Shown here piece by piece: positions 20,968 to 31,994 of a stretch of 64,000 nt of DNA. The stretch is taken from NCBI GenBank assembly GCA_948468315.1, contig CAOKHL010000001.1:34064-98063 (forward strand). The letters run 5' to 3'. The notes under the pieces were generated by a model. That model made no database searches. It was not told where the DNA came from and saw only the letters and a list, made by a program, of their open reading frames with translations. The position numbers and the translations under genes are program-made. The DNA comes from an uncultured Eubacteriales bacterium (GTDB lineage Bacteria > Bacillota > Clostridia > TANB77 > CAG-508). Within the stretch, counting starts at the first letter, position 1. Each line of letters opens with the position of its first letter.

Positions 20968-22041
20968 ATGAAAAGAATATTATTTTCTGCTTATTCACTG
21001 GATGTTGGTGGAATAGAAACAGCACTAATAACTTTACTTAAAAATATACATTCTAAATATAATATAACATTAATTTTAGAAAAAAAAGAAGGGATATTTC
21101 TAAAAGATGTTCCAAAAGATGTAAAAATTATTACATATAATCCTAATAACTGTAAAATAACAATAATTAGAAAAATATGTAACTTGTTTAAGCAATTAAT
21201 ATTCAAATTAAAATATAAGAACAAATTTGATTTTTCAGCATGTTATGCAACATATAGTTATCCGGCGTCTTTTACAGCAAGGGTAGGAAGTAGAAACAGT
21301 AGTTTATGGGTTCATAATGATTATATGAATTTTTATAATAACAATGTAGAAGAATATAAAAATTTTTTCTATAAATTAAAAATAAAAGATTTTTCAAAAA
21401 TAATATTTGTATCTGAAAATGATAAAAATGTATTTTTAAATCAATTTAAAGAATATGAAGAAAAGTGTATTGAATGTAATAATTTGATAGATTTTAAAAA
21501 GATAGAAAATAAAGCTAAAGAAAATATAGATGATTTTGAAGAAAGTAAAGATATAATTACATTTATAAATTTAGGAAGACATGAAGACAAACAAAAAAAA
21601 TTAGGAAGAATAATAGAAGCAACAAAAAAGTTAAATGAACAAGGATATAATTTTAGAGTAATATTTGTAGGAAGTGGGCCAGATACATTAAAATATAAAA
21701 ATCAAGCGGAAAAGATTCAAAACATAGAATTTTTAGGTGCTAAGTCAAATCCATATCCATATTTGAAAAAAAGTGATTGCTTGCTTATGTCATCAGATTT
21801 TGAAGGATATCCAGTAGTATTTATAGAAAGCCTAATTTTAGGAAAGCCAATAGTAACAACAGATATATCTGATAGTAGAAAGGATATAAAAGATAAGTAT
21901 GGAATTGTTGTAGATAAATCACAAGATGGTATATATAATGGAATGAAACAGTATTTAGATAATGGTTTTAATATGGAAAAATTTTCTCCAGAAGAGTATA
22001 ATAGTAATATATTAAAAAAGTTAGAAGAAATTATAAAATAA
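20968..22041 (+). CDS. Glycosyltransferase family 4
   Basis: GGIE, GR..QK and NPYPYLKKSD...SDFEGYPVVFIES motifs. Confidence 0.88.
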   Translation: MKRILFSAYSLDVGGIETALITLLKNIHSKYNITLILEKKEGIFLKDVPKDVKIITYNPNNCKITIIRKICNLFKQLIFKLKYKNKFDFSACYATYSYPASFTARVGSRNSSLWVHNDYMNFYNNNVEEYKNFFYKLKIKDFSKIIFVSENDKNVFLNQFKEYEEKCIECNNLIDFKKIENKAKENIDDFEESKDIITFINLGRHEDKQKKLGRIIEATKKLNEQGYNFRVIFVGSGPDTLKYKNQAEKIQNIEFLGAKSNPYPYLKKSDCLLMSSDFEGYPVVFIESLILGKPIVTTDISDSRKDIKDKYGIVVDKSQDGIYNGMKQYLDNGFNMEKFSPEEYNSNILKKLEEIIK

Positions 22042-22105
22042 AAATAGTATCAATGAAAGGAGAACATATTGCTAGAAATTTAAAACTAGTATATGGAAAT
22101 AAAAA

Positions 22106-23014
22106 ATGATAAGTTTTATAATACCAACATATAATGCAGAAAAAACCATAGAGAATACAATAAATTCAATATTAATGCAAGAAAAATCTGACATAGAATA
22201 TGAAATAATAGTAGTAAATGATGGTTCAACAGACAATACAGATAAAGTTATGCAAAAATTTAATGAAAATACAAAAGTAAAATACTTTACAAAAGAAAAT
22301 AAAGGTGTAGCAGATACTAGAAATTATGGAGTAAATAAAGCATCAGGGGAATATATAATTTTTGTTGATAGTGATGATTATATATCAAAAGATTTGTTAA
22401 AAGATATTGAATCCTATATAAGACAGGGAATAGAATTAATAAAATGGAACCCAATATTTGTTGATGAAAATAAAAATGAGTTAACTAGGTCTACGAATAT
22501 AGTTTTTGAAGATGTAACAGGAGAACAAGGTTTTAATTTATTATTTGGAAAAGATAATTTAATTGATTGTTTATGGAATTATGCTATCAAAAAAGAAATA
22601 ATGTTAAAGTTTCCCACAGGAACATATCATGAGGATTTTGCTGTAATGCCATTAATAATGTTAAAAGCAAAATCAATGACTGCAATTGATAAATATGAAT
22701 ATTATTATGTACAAAGTAAAAATAGTATAATGAGAAATGAAAATAAAGATAATACAATAAAAAAGTTACAAGATAAACTAAATCATTATGATAATCTTAT
22801 AAAAGAAGCCAATAATATGAAACTAGAAAAAGTAACAAAAGAAAATTTAGCAATATTTGCTACAAATGCTTTGTTAGTTGTGGTTCCAGAGTTAGAAAGG
22901 GAAAACAAAAGATGGTTTAAAAAAGGATTAAAAACAAGAAATATTGCTAAAAATATAAAAGTAAGAAATTTTAAACAATTAATAAAAAGATTAATTTTAG
23001 AGATAAAATATTAA
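22106..23014 (+). CDS. Glycosyltransferase family 2
   Basis: ISFIIPTYN, VNDGSTD and FVDSDD motifs. Confidence 0.9.
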   Translation: MISFIIPTYNAEKTIENTINSILMQEKSDIEYEIIVVNDGSTDNTDKVMQKFNENTKVKYFTKENKGVADTRNYGVNKASGEYIIFVDSDDYISKDLLKDIESYIRQGIELIKWNPIFVDENKNELTRSTNIVFEDVTGEQGFNLLFGKDNLIDCLWNYAIKKEIMLKFPTGTYHEDFAVMPLIMLKAKSMTAIDKYEYYYVQSKNSIMRNENKDNTIKKLQDKLNHYDNLIKEANNMKLEKVTKENLAIFATNALLVVVPELERENKRWFKKGLKTRNIAKNIKVRNFKQLIKRLILEIKY

Positions 23015-23048
23015 ATTTATAATATTTATTAGTGAAAGAGGAGAAAAA

Positions 23049-24341
23049 ATGTTAGCAAGTATAATAATTTTAATAATATTAATTTTAATAAATGCATTTT
23101 TCGCAGCAGCGGAAATAGCTTTTATATCTTTAAATGATACAAAAATTGAAATTCAAGCTAAAGATGGAAACAAAAAAGCTATAAAAATTCAAAAAATGTT
23201 AAAAGATCCAAGCAAATTTTTAGCTACAATCCAAATAGGAGTAACACTTGCAGGATTTTTGTCAAGTGCGTTTGCATCAGATACATTTGCCGATATACTA
23301 GCACCAGCATTAAATAACATATTGCCAAGTGTTTCAATAGCAACGTGGAAAAGTATATCAATAGTAATTATTACAATAATTTTATCATATTTTACATTAG
23401 TTTTTGGCGAATTGGTACCAAAAAGAATTGCAATGAGATATTATGAAAAAGTGTCATTTGCAAGTGTAGGTATAATAAAAACTATTTCAGTTATAACAGC
23501 ACCATTTGTAAAATTCTTAACTTTTTCAACTAATATTATATCAAAAGTATTTGGAGTAACAGGTGATGAAGAAGAAAATGTTACAGAAGAAGAAATAAGA
23601 ATGATGATAGATGTAGGAGAAGAAAAAGGAGCAATTGAAGAAGAAGAAAAAGAAATGATAAATAACATTTTTGAATTTAATGATAAAGTTGTTTCTGAAA
23701 TAATGATACCTAGAAATAAAATATTTGCATTAGATGTCAATTTAAGTATTGCAGATGTAATAGAAAGATTATCAGAAGATACTAGATATAGTAGAATTCC
23801 AGTATATGAGGAAACAATGGATAATATAAAGGGAATTGTCTATATAAAAGATATATTACTTTCAACAAAAAACAAAAATTCAAAAATAAAAGGTCTTGTT
23901 AAAGAGGCATATTTTGTTTCTGAAACAAAGATGGTAAATGAATTGTTCCAAGAATTAAGAAAAAATAAAAAACAAATTGCAATAATTATAGACGAATATG
24001 GTGGTACAGCAGGAATGGTAACAATGGAAGACATTTTGGAAGAAATTGTTGGAGAAATTTATGATGAATATGATAAAGAAACAGATAAATTTAAAAAAAT
24101 AGATAATAACACTTTTCTATTTGATGCAAGTATAGCTTTATATGATGTAGAAAAAATTCTTGATGTAGAAATAGATGAAGATGATGTGGATACATTAGGA
24201 GGGTATTTAATAAAACAGCTAGATAGAATTCCAAAAGATGGAGAAAAACCAGTAATAGAAACAGAGAAAGTAACTTATAAAATTGAAAAAGTACTTGATA
24301 AAAAAATAATAAAAGTTAAAGCTTGTTCAAATGGAAATTAA
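23049..24341 (+). CDS. Hemolysin-family CNNM/CBS/CorC transporter protein
   Basis: FFAAAEIA, FGELVPK, YSRIPVY and DEYGGTAGMVTMEDILEEIVG motifs. Confidence 0.92.
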   Translation: MLASIIILIILILINAFFAAAEIAFISLNDTKIEIQAKDGNKKAIKIQKMLKDPSKFLATIQIGVTLAGFLSSAFASDTFADILAPALNNILPSVSIATWKSISIVIITIILSYFTLVFGELVPKRIAMRYYEKVSFASVGIIKTISVITAPFVKFLTFSTNIISKVFGVTGDEEENVTEEEIRMMIDVGEEKGAIEEEEKEMINNIFEFNDKVVSEIMIPRNKIFALDVNLSIADVIERLSEDTRYSRIPVYEETMDNIKGIVYIKDILLSTKNKNSKIKGLVKEAYFVSETKMVNELFQELRKNKKQIAIIIDEYGGTAGMVTMEDILEEIVGEIYDEYDKETDKFKKIDNNTFLFDASIALYDVEKILDVEIDEDDVDTLGGYLIKQLDRIPKDGEKPVIETEKVTYKIEKVLDKKIIKVKACSNGN

Positions 24342-24426
24342 AAATATTTTTTGATAATACTTGATAATAAAAATAAAATATGATATAACTATTATCATCA
24401 CAAAAACGAAAAAGGGGAGAAGTAAA

Positions 24427-25809
24427 ATGCTAGATTCAATGGAAAAAATAGTTAATCTATGTAAAGCAAGAGGATATATATACCCAGGTTCAGAGATATA
24501 TGGTGGACTTTCAAATACATGGGATTATGGACCACTAGGAGTAGAACTAAAAAATAATGTAAAAAAAGCATGGATGAAAAAAATGGTGCAAGAAAACAAA
24601 TATAATGTAGGATTAGATAGTGCCATATTAATGAATCCACAAGTATGGGTAACAACAGGTCATGTAGCAAGTTTTGCTGATCCATTAATAGATTGTAAAG
24701 AATGTAAAACAAGACATAGAGCAGACAAGTTGATAGAAGAATGGGCTGCTAAAAATGGTAAAGATGTTATAGCAGATGGATGGACAGATGAAGAAACAGT
24801 AAAATATATAAATGATAATAATATCATATGTCCTAACTGTGGAAAATTAAATTATACAAGTATAAGAAAATTTAATCTAATGTTTAAAACTTTCCAAGGA
24901 GTTACAGAAGACGCAAAATCAGAAATATATTTACGTCCAGAAACAGCACAAGGTATATTTGTTAATTTTAAAAATGTATTAAGAACAACAAGAAGAAAAT
25001 TACCAATGGGAATATGCCAACAAGGAAAGGCCTTCAGAAATGAGATAACACCAGGAAACTTTATATTTAGAACACGTGAATTTGAGCAAATGGAAATAGA
25101 GTTTTTCTGTAAGCCAGATACAGACTTAGAATGGCATGAATATTGGAAAGAATATTGCAAAAATTTCTTACTTTCTTTAGGAACAAAAGAAGAAGATATA
25201 AGATTTAGAAACCATTCTCCAGAAGAATTAGTATTTTATAGTAAAGCAACAGCAGATATAGAATACAGATTCCCATTTGGTTGGGGAGAAGTTTGGGGAA
25301 TTGCAGACAGAACAAATTATGATTTATCAAGACATATGGAAGCTACAAAACAAGACTTAACATATCAAGACCCAGAAACAGGAGAAAAATATGTACCATT
25401 TGTAATAGAGCCATCTGTTGGAGTAGATAGATTAGTACTTATGTTTTTATGCAATTCTTATGAAGAACAAGAAATAGCAGAAGGAGATGTAAGAACAGTA
25501 TTACATATGCATCCAGCTTTAGCACCATATAAGGTTGCTATACTACCTTTATCTAAAAAATTATCAGAAAAAGCTGTTGAGTTACATGATAAATTATCAA
25601 AATCATTTATGTGTGATTATGATGAAACAGGCTCAATTGGTAAACGTTATAGAAGAGAAGATGAAATAGGAACACCATATTGTGTGACAGTAGATTTTGA
25701 TACTTTAGAGGATAATCAAGTTACAATAAGAGATAGAGATACAATGGAACAAGTTCGTATTTCTATTGATGAAGTTGAAAATTGGATTAAAGAGAAAATT
25801 GAATTTTAA
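24427..25809 (+). CDS. glyQS: Glycine--tRNA ligase (alpha2 type)
   Basis: [43 protein letters not shown] and [14 protein letters not shown] motifs. Confidence 0.96.
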   Translation: MLDSMEKIVNLCKARGYIYPGSEIYGGLSNTWDYGPLGVELKNNVKKAWMKKMVQENKYNVGLDSAILMNPQVWVTTGHVASFADPLIDCKECKTRHRADKLIEEWAAKNGKDVIADGWTDEETVKYINDNNIICPNCGKLNYTSIRKFNLMFKTFQGVTEDAKSEIYLRPETAQGIFVNFKNVLRTTRRKLPMGICQQGKAFRNEITPGNFIFRTREFEQMEIEFFCKPDTDLEWHEYWKEYCKNFLLSLGTKEEDIRFRNHSPEELVFYSKATADIEYRFPFGWGEVWGIADRTNYDLSRHMEATKQDLTYQDPETGEKYVPFVIEPSVGVDRLVLMFLCNSYEEQEIAEGDVRTVLHMHPALAPYKVAILPLSKKLSEKAVELHDKLSKSFMCDYDETGSIGKRYRREDEIGTPYCVTVDFDTLEDNQVTIRDRDTMEQVRISIDEVENWIKEKIEF

Positions 25810-25882
25810 TAATATAAAGAACTTTTAGAAATGTTCATTTTAATATCAAAAACCTCACATGTTACTGTGAGGTTTTTGGGTT

Positions 25883-26053
25883 TTATTTCTCATACAAATC
25901 TTTAATAAAAACATCTTTCTCTTCAAAATTATCAACAAACCCAACTTTAGCTTTTGTTTTAGAAATACCTTGAATCCAAACAGGCCTGTCCTTATAAAAT
26001 ACATCAAATTTTTCATCATTAGATAAAATAGAATTTATTCTGTGCATATCCAT
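25883..26053 (-). CDS. sspH: H-type small acid-soluble spore protein
   Basis: MDMHRINSILSN...DVFYKDRPVWIQ pattern; GGAGG RBS before ATG 26053. Confidence 0.75.
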   Translation of the reverse strand: MDMHRINSILSNDEKFDVFYKDRPVWIQGISKTKAKVGFVDNFEEKDVFIKDLYEK

Positions 26054-26232
26054 ATATAAAACCTCCAAATTAATTATATTATTATAAAAATTATATACAG
26101 AAAAATGAAAAGTATGCATAAAGAATAAAATAAAGAATTGGTAAATACAAAGTATTGTATAATTTGTAAATTTTTGACTATAAATTTTCTTTGTGATATA
26201 ATAAAGATGTATGGAGAAGGGAGTGTTATATT

Positions 26233-28404
26233 ATGATAAAATATAGAAAAATAATATTTACAATTATAATTTGTATTTTTTATGTATTAATTTATACTAA
26301 TTATAGTAATGCATCAAATCAAAGGTTAAAAGCTTTTAATAATGCTCCAAGAATGAATATAAATGTAAATAATGAAAAATATGATAATATAGAGATAAAA
26401 TTTACAGACTATAATGGATTAAATTCTTCAAATATAAAATTTTTTTCGGTAAACTCTGAAAATGAAAGAACAGAGATAAAAGATAAAGATTTTATATTAT
26501 CGGAAAAAGTAAGTGTGGTAAAAAATGAAAAAGATGTACAATATACATATGTAATATCTAATAAATATTTAGGACAGAAAACAAAAAGATTTTATGTATC
26601 TGCGATGGACAATACAGGTAAAATACTTGAATCATATTTTAAAATAGAAAGTAATGGAAAAAGATATAGAGCTAAATATGCTTCAAAAGTTGGTAATTGG
26701 GACATTAGTAATAATGGAGTATCATGTAAAGTAGAAGCTTCAGATGGTATAGAAGAGGTTATATTATATGATATGAATAATTATGGAGAAGAAACATATA
26801 AAGAACAAAAAATTCAAGGAAATATTGCAACTATAAATTTTGATATAAAACAATTTAAAGAGATTAATAATAGATATCAAATAAAAATATTTACTAAAGA
26901 CCAATCTAAAGAAGGACAAGAAGCAAGCAGGTTAGTGACTTTTGGTATATCTGATACAATAAATCAAAATGATAGTGTAAATAATTTAAGTACTAAATCA
27001 GATGAAAAGAATAATAAAAATAAAAAAATAAACGTACTTTTTGTTGGAAATAGTAAAACATATGTAAAAGATATTCCAAAGAAATTTAAAGGATTAGCTA
27101 AAGCGGGAGGATATAATAAAGTTTCTGTTACAGCTGTAACACAAGGAGGAAAAACTTTAAAATATTTGGCTTCAAAATATAGTAAAAAAATTAGTAAAGA
27201 AAAATATGATTATGTTATTATTCAAGAGGGTTCAGACAATTATCCAAATTATAATGAGTTTTTAGAAGGTGCTAAGCAGATAAGTAATTTAGTAAGAAAT
27301 AAAAACAAAGATGCAAAAATTTATTTAAGGCAAGTATGGTTGTTAAAGAACTCTAGTAATGAAGAGAAGAAACAAGTATATGAAAATGCAGAGAAAGTAG
27401 CTAAAAATATAAATGCAAAATTAATATATGACGGAAAATCATTTGATAAATGTAATTCACAATATCCATCAATTAATTTATATTCAGATGATAGACACCA
27501 AACGTTATCAGGTGCATATTTGGCTGCATGTTCAATTTATGAATCAATATTTAATGAAAGTTCAGTTGGTTTAAGCTATAAAGCAGGACTTAGTGCAGAC
27601 AATGTTATAAAGTTACAACAAATAGCACATGACATTTATAATACAGAACGTATAACAAAAACTAATGTAGGAAAAACTAATAATTCTAATGAAAAAGAAC
27701 AAAAAGAATTTGTTATAACTGCACATAGAGGGGCAAATAGAGGAAAGGGATATGCTCCAGAAAATACAAAAGCTGCATTTGATTTGGCAATAGAAATGGG
27801 AGCAACAGAATTAGAATGTGATATAAGAAAAACCAAAGATGGAGAATTAGTAATTTGCCACGATGATACAATTAATAGGACATCAAATGGAAAAGGAAAA
27901 GTATCTGAGATGACATATAAACAATTGTTAAAATATGACTTTGGAAATGGGCAAAAAATAATGAGTTTGAAAGATTTTGCTAAAAGATATTTTTCTAAAG
28001 ATATTTCGGTAGCATTAGAAATAAAAGATTCTGGAATTGAAGCTCAAATGATGAAGATTATAAATAAATATAAGAAAAAAGATAATATACTTGTAATGAA
28101 TTTCTCATATAATAGTTTAAAGAAAATTCGTGAGATAGATTCAAAAGTACAAATAGGTTGGTTGTTACATGAAGATGAATTAATAGATACAAACAGAATA
28201 AAAAAATTACAAGAAATAAATGGAACTGAATTAAGAGTAAAGAAAACAAAATTAACAAAAGAACAAATAAATTTAGCACATAAACAAAATATAAAAATTA
28301 ATGTATGGGGAGTTAGTGATAGTCAGTTGCAAGAAGTATATAATTTAGGAGTAGATGGAATTACAACAAACCATCCAGATAAATTAATTAAGATTGTAAA
28401 ATAA
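26233..28404 (+). CDS. Secreted multidomain protein: N-terminal region + SGNH-type hydrolase + glycerophosphodiester phosphodiesterase
   Basis: Signal peptide; VLFVGNS...DDRH (SGNH-like); AHRG..APENT..ECDIRKTKDG..CHD and GVDGITTNHP (GDPD). Confidence 0.82.
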   Translation: MIKYRKIIFTIIICIFYVLIYTNYSNASNQRLKAFNNAPRMNINVNNEKYDNIEIKFTDYNGLNSSNIKFFSVNSENERTEIKDKDFILSEKVSVVKNEKDVQYTYVISNKYLGQKTKRFYVSAMDNTGKILESYFKIESNGKRYRAKYASKVGNWDISNNGVSCKVEASDGIEEVILYDMNNYGEETYKEQKIQGNIATINFDIKQFKEINNRYQIKIFTKDQSKEGQEASRLVTFGISDTINQNDSVNNLSTKSDEKNNKNKKINVLFVGNSKTYVKDIPKKFKGLAKAGGYNKVSVTAVTQGGKTLKYLASKYSKKISKEKYDYVIIQEGSDNYPNYNEFLEGAKQISNLVRNKNKDAKIYLRQVWLLKNSSNEEKKQVYENAEKVAKNINAKLIYDGKSFDKCNSQYPSINLYSDDRHQTLSGAYLAACSIYESIFNESSVGLSYKAGLSADNVIKLQQIAHDIYNTERITKTNVGKTNNSNEKEQKEFVITAHRGANRGKGYAPENTKAAFDLAIEMGATELECDIRKTKDGELVICHDDTINRTSNGKGKVSEMTYKQLLKYDFGNGQKIMSLKDFAKRYFSKDISVALEIKDSGIEAQMMKIINKYKKKDNILVMNFSYNSLKKIREIDSKVQIGWLLHEDELIDTNRIKKLQEINGTELRVKKTKLTKEQINLAHKQNIKINVWGVSDSQLQEVYNLGVDGITTNHPDKLIKIVK

Positions 28405-28451
28405 ATAAAAAGACTACAAGAATTAATCTTGTAGCTTTTTATGTTTTGGCA

Positions 28452-30131
28452 CTATAAATAAATTCTGTAATCGATATCAGGAAAAATAGCATCTTTTTCT
28501 TCAATTTCATTTAAAAAGGTAATATCAATTTTATTTGAATTCAATTGCTCATACAATTTTGTAAATCTACCAATATGGTCTTTAATTCTTCTATGTGCAT
28601 AATCAACCATAGTATCATTAGTAATAATAAATAACCAATCACTACTTTGGGCTAAAAGCAACTCTCTTGCTGCTTGGTTTAAAGCTCTAATTTGAAGCTT
28701 GGTGATTTTGTATTTTGATGTAGAAGTAATGGAACTAACAGACTTTTTATTAAGTTTTAAGTTTTTTATTTTTTCTTCTAAATCATTTAAAACATCATAA
28801 CAATCTTTAAATTTATAAGCTAGTTCACACATTCTATCTCCAGCCTTATGTAAGTGTTTATGTGCATAATCATTAGATGGATTTAGCCAAACTTCACTAT
28901 AACCATTTGCACCCCAACTTGACCTACAAGGTTCACATTGTTGGATTTCAGGATATTTATCAATATACTCAGAAGGAGTAATCAACTCAAAATTACAATT
29001 ATCATAATAAACTTTTTTAAATAATATGTATAACCAATAAGGGCCTTCATACCACCAATGTCCATATAGTTCTGCATCATAAGGACATAGAACAATAGGA
29101 GGCTTATCCATATAACAAGATGCGTTTTCAATTTGTTCAGTTCTAGAATTTAAAAAATGTCCAGCTTGTTTTTCAGCAGAGTCTTTAGCCCACTGAATAT
29201 CATATATATCTTTATTATCAGTTTTACCAGTTATTCTATGATATTTTATACCTGTGTGAACCCTTACACCATTATGAGCAATATATGGTTTTATATAATC
29301 ATAATCAGCTTCATAACCAATGTCTTTGTAAAAATCTCTATAATTAAAATCACCTGGATAACCATTAATTGAGCTCCATACTTGCCTTGAAGATTCCATA
29401 TCACGACCAAATACAGTAAAACCTTGAGGAGAAACAATAGGAGCTAAAGTCCCATAAATTGGAGTAGGATTAGCATATAAAATTCCATGTGATTCAACAA
29501 TTGCATAATCTAAACCAAATTCTCTTAAGTATTTATCAGCTTCAGGAACATATCCACATTCAGGTAGCCAAATTCCACGGGGTTTTTTACCAAAAAATCT
29601 TTCATATGTTTGAACTCCAACAGCAATTTGAGCACGAACTGTTTTTTCATTTACATATAAAATAGGAAAATAACCATGTGTTGCTCCACATGTTATAATT
29701 TCTAGCACACCAATATCTTGGAAGTGCTTAAACTGAGAAATTATGTCACATTTAAATACATCTCTAAATAATCTTAAGTCTTCGGAATACCTTTCATAAT
29801 AATAATGAGAAAGTTTATTTATTTTTTCATTAAATGTGGTTCTTTCTATTTCTTTTTTTGATAATTCGATTAGTTGCTCTAAATAATGAATATATTTTTG
29901 CTGTAATAGTTTACTATCAAGCATTGAAAGTAGAGGAGGGGTCATAGACATTGTAATTCTAAAATTTACTTTTTCATCTACTAGTTTTTTAAAATTTTTT
30001 AATAGTGGTATATATGTTTCTGAAATTGCTTCATATAGCCATGATTCTTCTAAATAATCATCACTTTCTGGATGATGAATAAATGGAAGATGAGCATGTA
30101 ATACAAAGCTTACATAGCCTTTTTTCTGCAT
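28452..30131 (-). CDS. GH57 1,4-alpha-glucan branching enzyme (DUF1957)
   Basis: LHAHLPF, GIWLPECGY, PYDAELYGHWWYEG and ARELLLAQSSDW motifs. Confidence 0.92.
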   Translation of the reverse strand: MQKKGYVSFVLHAHLPFIHHPESDDYLEESWLYEAISETYIPLLKNFKKLVDEKVNFRITMSMTPPLLSMLDSKLLQQKYIHYLEQLIELSKKEIERTTFNEKINKLSHYYYERYSEDLRLFRDVFKCDIISQFKHFQDIGVLEIITCGATHGYFPILYVNEKTVRAQIAVGVQTYERFFGKKPRGIWLPECGYVPEADKYLREFGLDYAIVESHGILYANPTPIYGTLAPIVSPQGFTVFGRDMESSRQVWSSINGYPGDFNYRDFYKDIGYEADYDYIKPYIAHNGVRVHTGIKYHRITGKTDNKDIYDIQWAKDSAEKQAGHFLNSRTEQIENASCYMDKPPIVLCPYDAELYGHWWYEGPYWLYILFKKVYYDNCNFELITPSEYIDKYPEIQQCEPCRSSWGANGYSEVWLNPSNDYAHKHLHKAGDRMCELAYKFKDCYDVLNDLEEKIKNLKLNKKSVSSITSTSKYKITKLQIRALNQAARELLLAQSSDWLFIITNDTMVDYAHRRIKDHIGRFTKLYEQLNSNKIDITFLNEIEEKDAIFPDIDYRIYL

Positions 30132-30263
30132 TTATTTCTTCGTATAGATATTTCTATACTCTCCTTTCGTTTTAACTAAAAAATGAAATTAAAAGTTTTT
30201 AGTTTCTTATATTACTATGAAACTTTTAATTTCTGTAAATTTATTTAGGTTTTGATAAAAGAC

Positions 30264-31220
30264 TTACCAAGAAGTGGGATTTCCAGAAGATGGATTTATT
30301 AAATCAAAACTATTATTTGAAATTTCTTCTTTATATAAATTTTTATAAAGCTCATAAATATTAATAAATCCATTATTTTTATTAATAAATGAAAAATCTT
30401 TAATATCTTTTTCTATAAGTTCATTTGTTTTTAAATTCCTAAAATATATTTTATTTTGGTCATTAAATAATATATGATTATTTGGAGCTTCTAATTCGTT
30501 TGAAGAAGATATGTATATGTATTCAGTTTCAACTGGCTTTATTGGGCCATTTTTTTGGATGTCATATTGTGGCATATAATTATAATTTATAGGGATAGGT
30601 CGTCTTCCCAGTTCAATTTTATATTCACAATCAGCATCTTTTACTTGAAAATACCAACTGTTTGCAAAGTCATTTATATCTAATTCAAATGTATAATTCA
30701 TTGTTTCATTGTGTATAACTAAAACAGGTTTAGTTATTTCAAAAAAGTATTCTCCATACTGTTCTTTTAAATTTTTTCTATCTTCATCTGATATTTCCCA
30801 ATAAACAAATAAATTATTTGGAGTTTGTGCTAGTATTTTTACTACTGTTTGATTATATCTATATGGTAAATCATAATATTCTGGTGAAAATGTAGTGGTT
30901 TTGACTTTTTTGCTTGAAGATTTTGAAGAAACAGTTTTAGATACTTTGCTTTTTGTTTTTGAAGTAGAATTAGATTTTTTGCTTGACTTAGAAGAAACTG
31001 CTTTTTTATGTGTTTCCTTTTTTAATACATTTTTAGACACATTCTTTTTTTGAGTAGAACTTTTTGAAGTACCTTTTTTTTCTGTATCTTTTTTATTTGA
31101 TTTTGATGTAGTAGCCTTTTTAGTAGATTTATCATCTTTAGATTTAGTTTCATTTTTTTTGGATAATAAATTTCTTATATTTTCTATTTTATTCTCTATT
31201 TCTTTTGTTTTTTTAGGCAT
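30264..31220 (-). CDS. DUF4912 domain protein with Lys/Ser-rich N-terminus
   Basis: YDLPYRYNQTVVKILAQTP..LFVYWEI and NSWYF motifs; usual neighbour of GH57 branching enzyme. Confidence 0.8.
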   Translation of the reverse strand: MPKKTKEIENKIENIRNLLSKKNETKSKDDKSTKKATTSKSNKKDTEKKGTSKSSTQKKNVSKNVLKKETHKKAVSSKSSKKSNSTSKTKSKVSKTVSSKSSSKKVKTTTFSPEYYDLPYRYNQTVVKILAQTPNNLFVYWEISDEDRKNLKEQYGEYFFEITKPVLVIHNETMNYTFELDINDFANSWYFQVKDADCEYKIELGRRPIPINYNYMPQYDIQKNGPIKPVETEYIYISSSNELEAPNNHILFNDQNKIYFRNLKTNELIEKDIKDFSFINKNNGFINIYELYKNLYKEEISNNSFDLINPSSGNPTSW

Positions 31221-31421
31221 TTTTTATCCTCCTGTTTCTTTTTTATATATACTATACTAAAAAATAAATAAATTCAAGTTTTTTCTCAAAAGTTTTAAAA
31301 ATTTCTGAGCAATAAAAAATAACTAGACTGTAAATTCGAATTTTCTTGGGACTATTGCAAAATTAAAAAAAATTATATATAATAGAGCATGAAAAAATCC
31401 CCAAAGAAAGAAGGATAAATT

Positions 31422-31991
31422 TTGAATAAAACAAAAAGAAAAATATTTGAAACATCTATGAGGCTATTTGCAGAGAAGGGTTATGAGAACACAAGTATAG
31501 AAGAAATAACGGCAACAGTAGGAGTTGCAAAGGGAACATTATATTATCATTTTTCAAGTAAAGAAGAAATCTTTGACTTTTTAGTGACAGAAGGGATAAA
31601 ACTTTTGCAAAACAGTGTAGACATAAAAACGTCGAAATATGATAATTATATTGATAAAATAAAAGCAATTGTTTTAATCCAAATAAAAATAGTAAACAAA
31701 TATGAAGATATAATAACAATACTTTTAAGTCAATTCTATGGAAATGAAAAAAGAAATCAAAGATGTAAAGAATATATATATGAATATATAAGTAAAATTG
31801 AAGAAATAGTAAAACAAGGAATTGAAAATAAGCAAATAAAACAAGGAAATGCAAAAATTTATGCTTCTGAAATTTATGGACTAATATGTTCTTGTTTAGT
31901 TTATAAATTAAGAGAAAGAGAAAATTTTGATGTTGTAAGAGTTTATAAAGAATTTGAAAACACAATAATAAAAGGGTTAAAGGAGAAATAA
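31422..31991 (+). CDS. TetR/AcrR-family transcriptional regulator
   Basis: LFAEKGYENTSIEEIT..VGVAKGTLYYHFSSKEEI HTH; TTG start. Confidence 0.92.
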   Translation: MNKTKRKIFETSMRLFAEKGYENTSIEEITATVGVAKGTLYYHFSSKEEIFDFLVTEGIKLLQNSVDIKTSKYDNYIDKIKAIVLIQIKIVNKYEDIITILLSQFYGNEKRNQRCKEYIYEYISKIEEIVKQGIENKQIKQGNAKIYASEIYGLICSCLVYKLRERENFDVVRVYKEFENTIIKGLKEK

Positions 31992-31994
31992 AAA

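Noticed and set aside
24342-24426. T-box riboswitch before glyQS (or before asnS at 642-800)
   Set aside because: The intergenic regions are short and no T-box consensus or terminator/antiterminator is visible.
30245-30275. Possible frameshift at the end of the DUF4912 gene (TCT TGG TAA versus TCT-GGT AAG)
   Set aside because: It is not a CGG site, would add only a few residues, and I have no homology evidence for an extension.
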